From assembly GCA_003971905.1 (NCBI GenBank), contig RSEE01000047.1, forward strand, positions 434,001 through 498,000: a DNA stretch of 64,000 bases. Reading direction: 5' to 3'. How positions within the stretch are numbered: position 1 is the stretch's first letter; the number at the start of each line of letters is the position of its first letter. This document shows, in pieces, positions 1 through 11,584 of this stretch. The notes under the pieces were generated by a model. It ran no database searches, was not told the origin of the DNA, and was given only the letters and a program-made list of their open reading frames with translations. The translations under genes and the position numbers were made by a program. The DNA comes from Moniliella sp. 'wahieum' (lineage: Eukaryota).

Positions 1-509
1 TTTGCCAAAGCGTCGCACGCGGCCCATTGCGCCCGTCTGCTCGGATGTCCGCTGAGATCGTAGCGCGGGCCGAGTATGCGACCAGCTTGCTGCACCGTGG
101 CGAAGCAGCATGCCTCGCATGGGAAGGGTACGACAATGCGCCCTCCGAAACGGCGTGGACCAGCCCGACACATGGTCGCGCCTTATTTTCTGCTTCTGCC
201 TCGCCGAGAGACCAAGCGGTACAAGAAGAGCACGAGGACGAGCACGATCAGGAGCAAGAGCAAGAAGGCGAAGAGGAGATGGATGACTTGGCGCCTCTGC
301 CGAGAGACAGGGTACTAATCTCCCCGCTTCAATGGCTGGAGCAGATCATGCACCTCATCCCGCCCCTCCTCGAGACAGATTTGAAAGGACGCGTTGCGGC
401 GCTGCCTACCGCAGACGAAGAAGAAGAGCAAGGGGCCGAACAGGGCGAGACGCCTGAGGCAAGCCCGATTCGGGAGTGGGCACGCTGGCTGCTGGCGCAG
501 GGGCCGTGA
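1..509 (+). CDS. 3' end of a hypothetical protein (acidic C-terminus), partial
   Basis: Frame open from the window edge to TGA at 507-509; E/D-rich protein-like composition; converges on the next gene. Confidence 0.55.
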   Translation, partial: CQSVARGPLRPSARMSAEIVARAEYATSLLHRGEAACLAWEGYDNAPSETAWTSPTHGRALFSASASPRDQAVQEEHEDEHDQEQEQEGEEEMDDLAPLPRDRVLISPLQWLEQIMHLIPPLLETDLKGRVAALPTADEEEEQGAEQGETPEASPIREWARWLLAQGP

Positions 510-534
510 GGAAAGGATGCATTGGGTCGTGGTA

Positions 535-3052
535 TTACTGTGACGTGGCACGGTCGGTAGCTTGTGAGTTAGGCGAGACTCTCGTAGGCGGGTGGGGAGC
601 CGTTAGGAACTTCGCGTACCCCCATGCGAGCCAAGTCAGAGACGAGGCCCTGCGCCACCGGCCCCGAGTGCGCCGGCGTCGTCCGGCCCGATCCGCCAGG
701 CGTGGGCGCGAGCGGAACGCCAGGCGACGGTGTGGGGGCAAGTTGTCGCGCGTGCGGCTGGAACGGGCGACCAGCGCACCCGTCCAGGCCGGCGGCGGTG
801 GCCGCGCTGCCGCAGTACGCACAACGGGCGTGGAGTAGGAGCGTAGCATCTCCGGCCGCTTGGGGGGGTTCGCAGGCGACCAGGGCGGGCTGGAGATGGG
901 GGTCGTGGCCTCCGAGACGGGTACCGAAGCTGCCAAGGCCGAAGCTGATGTTGACGCCGACGCGGATGTTGCTCCCCTATCGCGCTCCACCGCCGCATCG
1001 TCCACCGGCGCATATTCGCCAATCTTGCCATGCGACCGCACTTCGTTGACTGGCACAGGGTAGCCGGGGCCCTGGGGCAGCATGTTGCGCTCCTTGGCCT
1101 CCAAATCCGCAATGCTCATCCCGCACACGCACTGGTCGTGTCCGGCACCCTGGAACGGCGCGGCAGCCACGGACCAAGGCGATTGGGTAGCATTGTCGTT
1201 GCTGGCCAACTCTCGGGCACGCGGTACATGTGTTCCAACGTCGTGGGCGCGTTCTCCTTCTCCTCGTACCGGGGCAGCGTCACGGCATTGTACGCCACAC
1301 AGCACGAGGGAATAACGACGGGCTGCCGCAGCGCATACACCTTGAGTTTGCGCTCCGTGCCCGCCGGGTGGCCCTCGGCAACCGGGTCGCGCGAGTGGAT
1401 GACCTCGACGACGAGTTGATGCGAAAATCGGATATCGGCCTTGCTCCCGGGGGGTGGTGGGCGGGTGGTGGTTGTCATCGGGGGGATGCGCGCCAGGCCC
1501 TGGACCGACCAAGAATCTTGTGTGCCACTCCACCGAATTGCCGTTTCTCGGATCTTGGCACTCTCCATCTCGCCCGCCTTGTGTGGCGCGGCCCCCTTCT
1601 CGAACAGCCGGACAGGCCGGATGCGCGTCGTTTGCCGCCCGCGCTTGGCCGTGTAGAGATCCACGGTGGTTTCGAGCGTGACGCGGACCTGGTACACAAT
1701 CAAATCCGTTGGCGAGTCGGGCGAATGGACATCAATATTGAAGATGCCGCCAACCGAGATGGAGTTGGCCGTGCACGCGACCGACAACACACCGCCCAAG
1801 CTGTCATGCCAGTCGTGGTACAGCACCGATAAGGGCGTATTGGGTGAATCGGACGAAGGCACGGCCATCGGGAAAATTTCGCGCACGGCATCCACGTTGC
1901 TCTTGGCTCTCCCGCCGCCAAGAATGGTCGCCTTGATCATGTACCGCACGCGGCCATACGACGAACGCTCGTACGGCGCGCAATTGGACGGAAGGATAAA
2001 CGCAAACTCGAACCTAAATAATGGTTAGCGTCAGTTTGTGTGGGTGAGACGCTACGAACGGGGGGGCGGGGGGGCACGTACCCATGGATGCCCTTGGCGA
2101 CAAACATGCCTTCGTCGGCTTCCGCGTCCATACCTTCTGCACCTTCCTCCACCAAGTCACGGGGAAGATGTATGTCGCGCGTCTTGGACGCGGCCCGGGA
2201 AAAGAGCCCGACCGAAGGCGACCGGGACCCGAACGGAGTCTCGTCCCGTCCGCTGGGCCGCAACACGGAGCGACCCCGCGCTTCGTCCTCATGGTCCTCA
2301 AAGGGATGGTGCGTCACATTTGCCGTCCTGGAACGGGGTGGATACCAGTTCCCCGCGCCCAGTTGCCGGGGGGGTTGCGCGCACGGCTACTACTCCGTGG
2401 AGAAGGGGGACGGGCCGCCTTACTCCTGCTTCGTGAAGGGGAATTGCGAGAGGAAGAGTGGCCCCTCAATGCAGCCGCAAGCGCACCGGCAAATCCGGTG
2501 CCGGCAACAGAGTCGCGCGAGACTTTCCTTCCTCGATCTTCTCCTTCGGCACCTCGAGCGTCGTCGTCCGACTCGGATCCCTGGGCGTGGGAGAAGCGGC
2601 GCGAGAGACGGGGGGGGACGGGGCGCGGGAGGCAGGGTGCGAAGGCGCGTGGCTGGGTGGGAGCGAAGTAGGAGGCGCGCGGCTGGTGGAGCGACTGGGA
2701 GCTCGACTGGTGGCCCGACTGGGCGCACGACTGGTGGAGGACTGGTTCGGCCCTTGTGTTTGGCCACGCCCAGCTCGAGCGTCTTGTCAAGATGACGCGC
2801 TCGTCAAAGCCAGTGGGCAACTGGGTTGCCGGGTCGAGGATGCCCACCATCTCCATCCCCTTGCGCACCTTGAGCCCGCCAATGGTGCGGTCGCTCGGCA
2901 CGCGCACCTCTACCAGCCCGCGCACCAACATCCTCGCTCTTGGGTGGGTCCAAGGAGGTGGGGCGCGACCGGGGGTGGGGGGGGTGGACAAAAATGACAT
3001 TCTGCAGCAAGTGGAGCTTGATGTCGCACGGTTGGAAGAGTGTCGAAAGCAT
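535..3052 (-). CDS. Alpha-arrestin-like protein (frameshifted in assembly)
   Basis: Starts MLSTLFQPCDIKLHLLQNVIFVHPP; arrestin-like segments VRGLVEVRVP, PYERSYGRVRYMIKATI, DIRFSHQLVVEV, then PY-like LPRY; intron 2014-2081 (GTACGT..GCTAAC..TAG); 3' end approximate. Confidence 0.65.
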
Positions 3053-3718
3053 CTTCTCGCCAGGGAGTGCGCTGGCGGAGAGCGGCGGCGGAGGAGGAGG
3101 AGGAGGAGGAGAGGGGCGGCTGTGGTGGGAGAAAGAAAAGGACCAGCTGTACGTGTTGCGGGCGTGGACGGGAGGAGGTGGAGGTGGTGGTGCACTAAAA
3201 AAACGGGCTTGATAAGAAAGTGCCCACGTGCGTGTGCCTGGCATGGCAAGCACGCAACCAGTCTGGTGCCGGGCAGCGGGGGCAGTCGTCGCGTGGTTGT
3301 CCCGCTTACTGTGGGTTTCTGAAACGGGGCGTAGCCATTTCCCCGTTGCGGCGCCGTGCGTGGGCACGCGTCGCAGCACGGGGCCAGTGTGGGGCCTGGT
3401 TCTCGCCGAATTGTCCGGGGGGGGAACCAACACGCGCAGACACGCCGCCGGGAGGTCGTGGGTTCGAGCCGCGCGATCGACCGGTGGTGGCCGCACGGAT
3501 GGGAAGTTGCGGGGCAGCCGAAGTTGGGCGGTGCGGTGGGTGCCACGTGGCGCACGCGGCGCTGCACCACCAGCGGCGTTCCGACGCAGCGGCTGTCCAG
3601 CAGCTGACCAACATCTGTGTGGGCTGCTGCGCTTCGCTTCTCTTCTTCGCTTCTCTCCTCTGCGCTTCTCGCTTCCCTCCACTCCGCTTCTCCCCCCTCG
3701 CTTGCTCCGACTGCCCCG

Positions 3719-5177
3719 ATGGCTGCGCCCTGCTGTGCGTCGGGCGGCAGTGCGGCGGCCGGCGCGTCCGCCGCGTGGGTGGCTGCGCTGGTCGCGGGCG
3801 TCGCGTCGTCGGTGTACGCGGGCGCTGGGCGGCTGTCGTCGGACCCGCGCGTGGCGGCGGCGCTGGTGCTCGCGCCGCTCCTCGTCCTCGTTCTCGCCAC
3901 GCGCGCGCTCCTCGTGCTCGGCACGCCTGCCCCACAGCCCCTCTGCGCCTCCGAGCGCACCTTCCGCTCCGCCCGCTCCCCCGACGTCCCCGCGCCGCTG
4001 CCCCCCGCGCTCTCCGACAGCGTGCGCGCCACCCAGGGAGACGTGGACGTGTCGGTGGTCGTGCCCGCCTTCAACGAGACGAAGCGCTTGCCCCAGATGC
4101 TCGACGATGCGCTCGCCTACCTCGCCTCGGACGCCTTTGCTGCCGCCCTGGCCGCGCTGCCTGCGCATCTGCGCGGCCGCACTCCCGCCCCCGAAGTGCT
4201 CATTGTCGACGACGGCTCCTCCGACGGCACGGCCGAACAAGTGCTGGCCTATGCCCGCGCTCACCCCGCCACCGACATGCGTCTCCTTCGCCTCGAGCAC
4301 AACCGCGGCAAGGGCGCCGCAGTGCGGCATGGCATGCTCCATTCGCGCGGCCAACTGGTCCTGTTTGCCGATGCCGATGGCGCCACTCGCTTCTCGGACC
4401 TGGGCCGCCTCATGGCCGAGATGGCACGGATCGCGTCGCCGGGGTACGGTATTGTCGTTGGCTCTCGTGCTCATCTCGTTGGCAGCGAGGCCACGGTCAA
4501 GGTGCGTGCATGCTTTGCTTTGCTTTCTTTTTCCCCCTTGGGTGTGCTCTTTGGTACGAAGACTGACGTTGTTCCTAGCGCTCGTGGGTGCGCAATCTGC
4601 TCATGTACGGCTTCCACCTGCTCCTCTCGCTGCTCATGCACCCACCTCGCTGCCTGCCCTGCCCTGGGCACCACGGGGGAAATCGCTGCCGGTCCAGCCG
4701 GCCATCGCAGACACCCAATGCGGCTTCAAACTCTTCACGCGCCCCACCGTGGCCCACCTGCTGCCGCTCGCCCACATCGATCGGTGGATCTTTGATGTCG
4801 AGCTGCTCCTCCTGGCCGAGATGGCGTCCACTGCCTCCCTCGCCCAGCCCGAGGTGGCACAAGCCGCGCTTGCCGCCCGGCGCGTGCCAGCCGCGGCAAG
4901 CGCAGCCGAGGACAAGGAGGTGGAACCCGTGCGGACGCCGCATGGTGGGCCCCCGCCCCCGCCCGAGAAAGTGCACCTGCACTCGATGCGGGAAGAAGAC
5001 GAGGTGGCACGCCTGCCGTTGCCGATTGGGGAGGTGGCGGTGGACTGGCACGAGATCTCAGGGTCCAAGGTGGACTTGTTGCGCGACTCGGTGCGCATGG
5101 GCCGGGATTTGGTCGTGTTGCGCTTAAACTATGCTCTGGGGCGCTGGGCGCGACCTAGGCCCGTGCCCATAGCGTAA
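3719..5177 (+). CDS. ALG5: Dolichyl-phosphate beta-glucosyltransferase (GT2)
   Basis: N-terminal TM; VSVVVPAFNETKRLPQML, IVDDGSSDGT, NRGKGAAVRHGMLHSRGQLVLFADADGATRFSD, DTQCGFKLFTR, WIFDVELL, WHEISGSKV; intron 4502-4578. Confidence 0.92.
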
Positions 5178-5336
5178 CTTCGTACCCTGTACCCGTACCC
5201 TATCGGCAGCCCCCACTGCACAATTCCCTGATTCGTTCGTTCGTTTTCTCTGGCCCGGTTGCTTCTTGGGCCGTTTCTACCCTCATAGTGTAGATGGATG
5301 GGCAAGAGGTATAGATTAGATCGGACCAAGGGTATG

Positions 5337-6979
5337 CTATGGCGAGGACAACCAGATTCCTCGGTCTTGCGCCGGTGCTAGGGGGCAACAAGCTGCCCCG
5401 TCCAGATCTGCATCGGCCAACGCCAAGGGATCGTCTGACGACGGCTCGGCTCCCAGATCAGACACGAGCGTCTCGTCCCCGCTCCCACCGACAAGGGGGG
5501 GGCGGCCCCACCGCCCGGCTCCCGAGCGCACCCAAGGCACGTGGTTCGTCTCCTCGTGCACCGCGACCGGAGCGGGGTCCAAGTCTGAGACCGGGACGAG
5601 TAGCTGGGCAATCTGGTGCAGCCGCTGCGCCTCGGACAGGGCCGGATCCCACTCGCCCAAGACCAGAGCGAACAGCGTTTGCAGCCGGGCCAACGTATCG
5701 GGCAACAAGGCAAACCGCTCGGCCATGCCGGCCCACTTGTCTGCCTCGTGCTCGTGCTCGGCGTCGTGCTCGGCGTCGTGCTCGGCGTCGGGCGTAGGCA
5801 CGGGCGCAGGCATGGGTGTGGGCAAGAGCGAATCAAAGTCGTCCTCGTTGTCCGTGTCAGCCAGGTCTTCCCACTCTTCTGCCTCGCCACTAAGAGGGGA
5901 CGATCGGCTGTTCCCTTTTGGGCATCCTCTGGTCCAGGGTTGATTGGGTCGGTTGGATCGGTTGAGTCGGTTGGATCGTGGGGGTTGCTTCGGTCGATCC
6001 CAGTCGCACGGACAACTTTTCTCGGTGAAGACGTCTCGACCACGGATCCAGGCGGAGACAGGGCAGAGGGGCACACGTCCCTCGTGCGTAGCGAGTAGGG
6101 CCGGCTCACCCCGCCCCGTACCACCGCCGCGGGGCGCGCGCAACTCGTCATCGAAAGGGTCTGACGCAGGCAGCGCAACAGGCCCGAACACGTCAAACTC
6201 CATCGGCTGCGTCCCACCCCACCCACCACCCCACCCCCATCTCCATTTCCATCTCCCTCTCCATCTCCATCTCCATCTCCATCTCCATCTCCATCTCCAT
6301 CTCCATCTTCCCCCGTTGCGACGTAGGCACCGTCTCGTCCGGCATGGTTTTCCGACGCTTCGATCGCGGGCCGGGCCGGGCGGGACGGGAGGACGCCGTT
6401 TGGACAGCGTGTCAGACGCAGCGCCTGGGCCGGTGCCTGCGGGTACAGAGTTGGCCGTGCCAGCCAGGTCGGGGGGAGGGTGGGTCGCCGTTCCCGCGTC
6501 GTGTGGGACAAGGGTGTGTCCTAGGTCGCCTTGGGCGCCAAGGCGCGCTTTTCCCCGCCTCGGATACCGGGGGTGCGACGAGCGGGGACCCGCGAGGCAG
6601 CGCGGCCCAGGCTCTTGTTCCGCCGGGTTGGCGCAGCAGAGGGAGCAGCTTGGGATGGCGGGTGGGAGTGCGGGGCGGGGGCGGTGTCGGGTGTGGGTGT
6701 GGGTATGGTTGGGAGGGCAGGACCCAGAACGCTTGTCTCCTGCCGCGCAAGGTGCGGGTGGGCAGAACGCGCGTTCGCGGTCGTGGCCGGAGCCGCATGC
6801 GGCGTTTCCGAGGGCGCGGCGCGAGCGGACGAGGCGGGCGCGGCTGGCGGCGGCGACGACGGCGGCGACGACGCGCGCTCACACGGCACAGGCGCACGCG
6901 CCCACACAGGCGCCGTGCCTGCTGCGGGCACACCCACCACGCCCGGCGCGCCGAGGCACCACACCCACTCCGACGCCAT
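5337..6979 (-). CDS. Hypothetical low-complexity protein with (GD)n tract
   Basis: Overlapping ORFs 6521-7003, 5378-6511 and 5337-6203 join across frameshifts; no recognisable domain. Confidence 0.4.
6236..6307. repeat. (CTCCAT)n hexanucleotide microsatellite
   Basis: About 12 near-perfect units, encoding GD repeats on the minus strand. Confidence 0.9.
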
Positions 6980-7147
6980 TATAGTAGCGGTGGTGTCAAT
7001 CAATATATGTCAATCGACCATCTCGGCCTTCATGCGACGTGGTTGGCGCCGAGCACAGCTGGGGTAAATATTAAATCCACGCGCATTCCGCACCGCAGCG
7101 CGGAATCCCCCCGGCAGTCCTCAAGTTGAGGCTTCACCTCATGAGGG

Positions 7148-9288
7148 CCTTATTTGTATCCGCAGCAATGAATGAGGCTACCCCGCCACGGCCATCACCA
7201 CCATGCCCGACTCTCCTGACGCTGCGCCCCCCGACCGTCGTCCCCGTTCCTCGCACTCGCACTCGCACTCCCGCTCCCACTCCCACTCCCACTCCCACTC
7301 CGACCGTCGAGACCGACATCGTTCCCGGCGAGACGAGGAGCGCGACCGCGATCGTCACGACGAGCGGCGGCACGAAGAGCGCGACCGCCGGGACACCCGG
7401 TCGCGTTACCGACACAATTCGCCTCCCGCTCGTCACCGTCATGACCGAGAACGTTCGCCCCGTCGGCGGGAGACGAGCGAGGAGAGGAGAGACCGCAAGC
7501 GCGCCGAGCGCCGGCGCGAGAAACGGAAACGTGCACTGGAAGAGGAGGAAGCCGAGGCACGGCGAAAGCAGGCCGAGGTGCTGCTGTATGCCGGGGAAGA
7601 GGAGCAGCGCCCACCACAGCGATGGGCAAAGAAGGAGGAGAAGGAACGACGCATGGGTCTCACTCCCGAGGAAGCCAGGAGGCGGGACGAGGTGCGGAGG
7701 AAAGAGGCCGAGGAAGAGATTGCGCTCCTCTCCGCCCGCCGAGTCCAACGAGAGAAGGAGGCCCAGCTCCGGCGGGAGGAAGAGGAGCGGCTGACTCGCT
7801 TGAACCAGGATCAGGGGGCGATAGAGTGGGTGGAGAAGGAAGATGAGTTTTCTCTGACGCAGGCCAAGAAGCGAGCTGCGATCCGGATCCGAGAGAATCG
7901 CGCGAAACCAATCGATGTGATGGCGATGAATTTGCGCTGGGCCGAGCCCGGCCGGGGCGCCCGGCGGTCGGCGAAATCGGTCGAGATGGCGCTGGCGGAA
8001 CGCAATGGCATGGCCCTCCCGCAAGAGGAGATGGGCGAGGGCGACGAGGACGACGAGGCTGGATTGGAAGTGGATCTGAAGGAGCCCGACTCGGTCTTTC
8101 AAATGCTCGATGAGGCGGAGGTGGAGGAGCTCAAGGCGGACATTGCCATGTACCTCTCTCTGGAAACCGATGCACGGAATCGGGCCTTTTGGCAGGCCCT
8201 TCAGCTCTTGTGCGACGACACACTTGCCTCTTTGCGCGACGACAAGCCAGAGGTGCAAGCCAAAATGGAGAGCATGCTCGAGGTCAAGACGGCGGACGAA
8301 CTGGAGACGCTCAAGCGCTCTGTCGAGGCCAAACTCAGTTCGGGCGAACCGATCGATATGGAATACTGGCTGTTGCTGGTGCGCAAGATTGATGTATTTC
8401 TAGCACGGCACCAGCTGAGGGAAATCCACAAACTTGTCCTTGCCAACCGGATCGAGTTCTTGCGGAGGAAACAACGTGAAGTTGCGCTCCTTCACCAGCG
8501 GTCCCTCCCTCCCTCTTCGGTTCCCACCGAATCCAACTTTACGCTGGATCTCGAGCCCCCGACCATCCCAGAAACCGACTACTCCACCCTTCCCTTTGTC
8601 GAGCAGTTCCCCATCGTGGACCAGGCGCAAGACCGGAACCTTCTCCTTATGGCTCGGAAGGCCGTGCTGGCCCAAACCTTTGTACCCATGGCGCAGGGAG
8701 AAGGCGGCGCCTTCCCATTCCAAGCCGGCTCTTCGGACTGGGACGCAAGAAGAAGCGCGTGGGGGTGACGAGGACTTTGACGGCGACGAGGACCTGGCGC
8801 GGTACCAAGCCGATGCGGCGCGGGCGATGGACCAGGATTCGGACGACGAAGTGGAGGCGTTTGGCCAGGAAGCGTTCAATGTGCCGACGGCAGTCAAAGG
8901 GACGTATGCGTGGGAGAACAAGTACCGACCGCGCAAGCCTCGGTTTATGAACCGCGTCGCTACGGGCTTTGAGTGGAACAAGTACAACCAGACCCACTAC
9001 GATACCGACAACCCACCACCCAAGGTGGTCCAAGGCTACAAGTTCAACATATTTTATCCTGACCTCATTGATCCGCTCAAGGCCCCCACGTATGAGCTGC
9101 GCCGCATCCCGGGCGACGAGGAAACGGTGCTGCTGGTGTTCCGTGCGGGGCCCCCGTACGAGGACATTGCGTTCCGCATCGTAAACAAGCCGTGGGAGAT
9201 GGGGCGGCGCAAGGGATTCCGCAACTCGTTCGAGCGCGGGGTGCTGCAGCTCTTCTTTAACTTTACCAAACTGCGGTATCGGAAGTAA
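7148..9288 (+). CDS. Cactin splicing factor
   Basis: RS/RD-rich N-terminus; EWVEKEDEFSLTQAKKRAAIRIRENRAKPID; CactinC motif KYRPRKPRFMNRVATGFEWNKYNQTHYDTDNPPPKVVQGYKFNIFYPDLID; frameshift near 8750. Confidence 0.93.
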
Positions 9289-9341
9289 AAGCGTTCCAAG
9301 GGTACCATGTATGCATGATGGGGGGAGTCCAGCCCAAGGAA

Positions 9342-9868
9342 TTATTGCCCTGCGTCAAAGATGCTTGCTCCGCCACTCATGTCCCGATAGGCCGCGAGCG
9401 TTTGGCCGCCTTGTTGTAGATTGATGACCTGGACACAGACGGGTTGCGTGGGTTAGCTTCCAGCAAGCAAGGGCCAGCACCAGCACCTACAATCTCCATC
9501 ACGCTCCGCGGCACGCTCCGCAACACATCTACCACTGTCCCGTCCTGCAGCTGGACAATGGCCACTGCCTTGTCCTCCTTGCTCTGCGCGTCCACCACAA
9601 CCACCGCCTTGTCGCCAAACACGTCCGAGCTGGCGTCTGAGCTGGCATCCGACGGCTTGGCCTCGGCCAGCGCGGCGACAAACGCGTGCCAGTCGGCGCC
9701 CTTGGACACCGGTGGCGGGACGAGGGCGACGGGCAGCACAGCGTCCAACAGGTCGTCCGAGCCCTCGCCCACCTCGGCGACGTAGGAGGAGGAGCGGATC
9801 TGGCGCAGCACCTCGGCCACGGCGCTGGCGGCGGCCGGGTCGCTGCTGACGAGGGCGGTGGTGGCCAT
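9342..9868 (-). CDS. Small hypothetical protein, one intron
   Basis: ATG 9868; intron about 9430-9490 (GTAGGT..GCTAAC..CAG) restores the frame to TAA at 9342-9344. Confidence 0.6.
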
Positions 9869-10010
9869 GGGGGGGGGGGGGTGGTAGTGGTGGTGGAAGC
9901 GGGTCTGGGGGCCGGTGGCTGGCAGTTTGGCTACTCTTACGTCATGCAGTTCGTCCGTGCGCGCTATAAGAAGACAGAAGTGGAAAGCGACGCCCGCCCG
10001 CCCGCCGGCG

Positions 10011-11127
10011 ATGCACACCCACCACTCGCACTCGGGCTCGTACTGCCTCCACGCGCACGACACGCTCGATGCCGTCGTAGCGCGCTACCGCCGCCTCGGC
10101 TTCCGCACCCTCGGCCTCAGCGAGCACTGCGCCCGGCACGACGCGCGCAGCCTCTACCCCGAGGAGGTCGCTGCCGGCGCGTCGCCCGCCGGCCTGCAGC
10201 ACACCTTTGCCCAGTACGTGGCGCATGCACGCCGCATCCAGGCTGCCGAGCCGCACCTCGCCGTCCTGGTCGGGTGCGAGACGGAGCACCTGGGCTCGGA
10301 ATCGCTCGCTTTCCTCCATGCCCAGCTCGAGGCGCTGCCTTGCGCCTCGGGCGCGGCCGCCACTGCGCCCGCTGGCGTGCCGCCCGGCGCACTGGCCGGC
10401 ACAGGCGCCATCGACTACCTCGTCGGCTCGGTGCACCACGTCCACACGATCCCCATCGACTTTGACCTGCCCAGCTACGAGCGCGCCGAGGCGAGCTGCG
10501 GGTCGTATGGCGCTGGTGTGTGCCTACCTCGAGGCGCAGTACGAGCTGTTGACCCGCCTGCGCCCGAGGTCGTTGGTCACCTCGACCTCTTCCGTCTGTA
10601 CCACCCTTCGGCGCCTATCCCGCCCGAGGCATGGGCCTTGCTGCAGCGCAACGTGCGCTACGCCGCCGCTTACGGCGCACTGTTTGAGATCAACGCCGCG
10701 TCGATCCGCAAGGGCTGGCCGACGCCTACCCCGGCGAGGAGGTGCTGCGCTTGATCCTGGCCGAGGGCGGACGGGTGTGCTTGTCGGACGACAGCCACGG
10801 AACGGACCAGGTGGCACTCAACTATGCGCTTGCCCGCGACTACCTCACCAAGCACAACGTGCTTCTCTGGCACCTCACTCGCGCCCCCGCCCCCGCTTCC
10901 TCTTCCTCTTCCTCTTCCTCTTCCGCTTTTCTGCGCAAGCGGCGCAGGCGGACCAGTCCCAGGAGCAAGTCCACGCTCGTCTGTCCGACCATTCCGAGGA
11001 GCGAGTCCAAGCTCGTCTGCAGCAGGGCGGACCGGCGCCCACGCACTTCCCGCGCGGACTGGTCGCCGTGCCCGTTCCCGATTGGGAGAAGGATGCGTTT
11101 TGGAACCAGACGCTGCCCTCGACCTAA
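10011..11127 (+). CDS. HIS2: Histidinol-phosphatase, PHP family
   Basis: MHTHHSHSGSYCLHA, GLSEH, LVGCETE, DYLVGSVHHV, VVGHLDL, FEINAASIRKGW, CLSDDSHG; frameshifts near 10505, 10565 and 10730. Confidence 0.9.
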
Positions 11128-11245
11128 TCCTATCTACTATTGCTTCCTATTCCCATGTAGAACCCCGCGCACCAATCCCACTCCTCCAACCAAAGACAGA
11201 TAGATGGAATCGTGAATTGTCGCCCGTCCATGGGGCTTGATGCGA

Positions 11246-11292
11246 GGCTCGGCTCGGTTCGGTTCGGCTCGGCTCGACTCGGCTAGGCTAGC
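11246..11292. repeat. (GGCTC/GGTTC)n pentamer microsatellite
   Basis: About 9 imperfect units between convergent genes. Confidence 0.8.
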
Positions 11293-11584
11293 GGCCTCGC
11301 GCCCGGGACGGGGGCAAGTGGTTCCCCCAAGCCGACTGGGGAGTCGGCTTTCGCCAGAGCGGCGCATCATGAGGATGATGGCACGTGCTCTGGGGCGATA
11401 CGAAAAAAAGAAACAGGTCTGCTCCCCTTACAGGAACAACACCACGTTGAAACAAACGGGACACGCTCGGTGGCGCTCCTAGGTGCCGGATCGGTACACT
11501 CGATACCTTGACACTTGAACTTGACGCTTGACGTCCTGAGAGCGCAGTGCTGGCGAGTAGCGAGTAGCGATTGGCGCTTAGCGC

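Noticed and set aside
3440..3480. tRNA-like T-arm GAGGTCGTGGGTTCGAGCC
   Set aside because: T-stem mispairs; no acceptor stem, D-arm or anticodon arm
2314..4566. Long overlapping and antisense ORFs (also 14070-15350, 37221-38774)
   Set aside because: Expected shadow ORFs in high-GC coding DNA; R/A/G-rich with no domains
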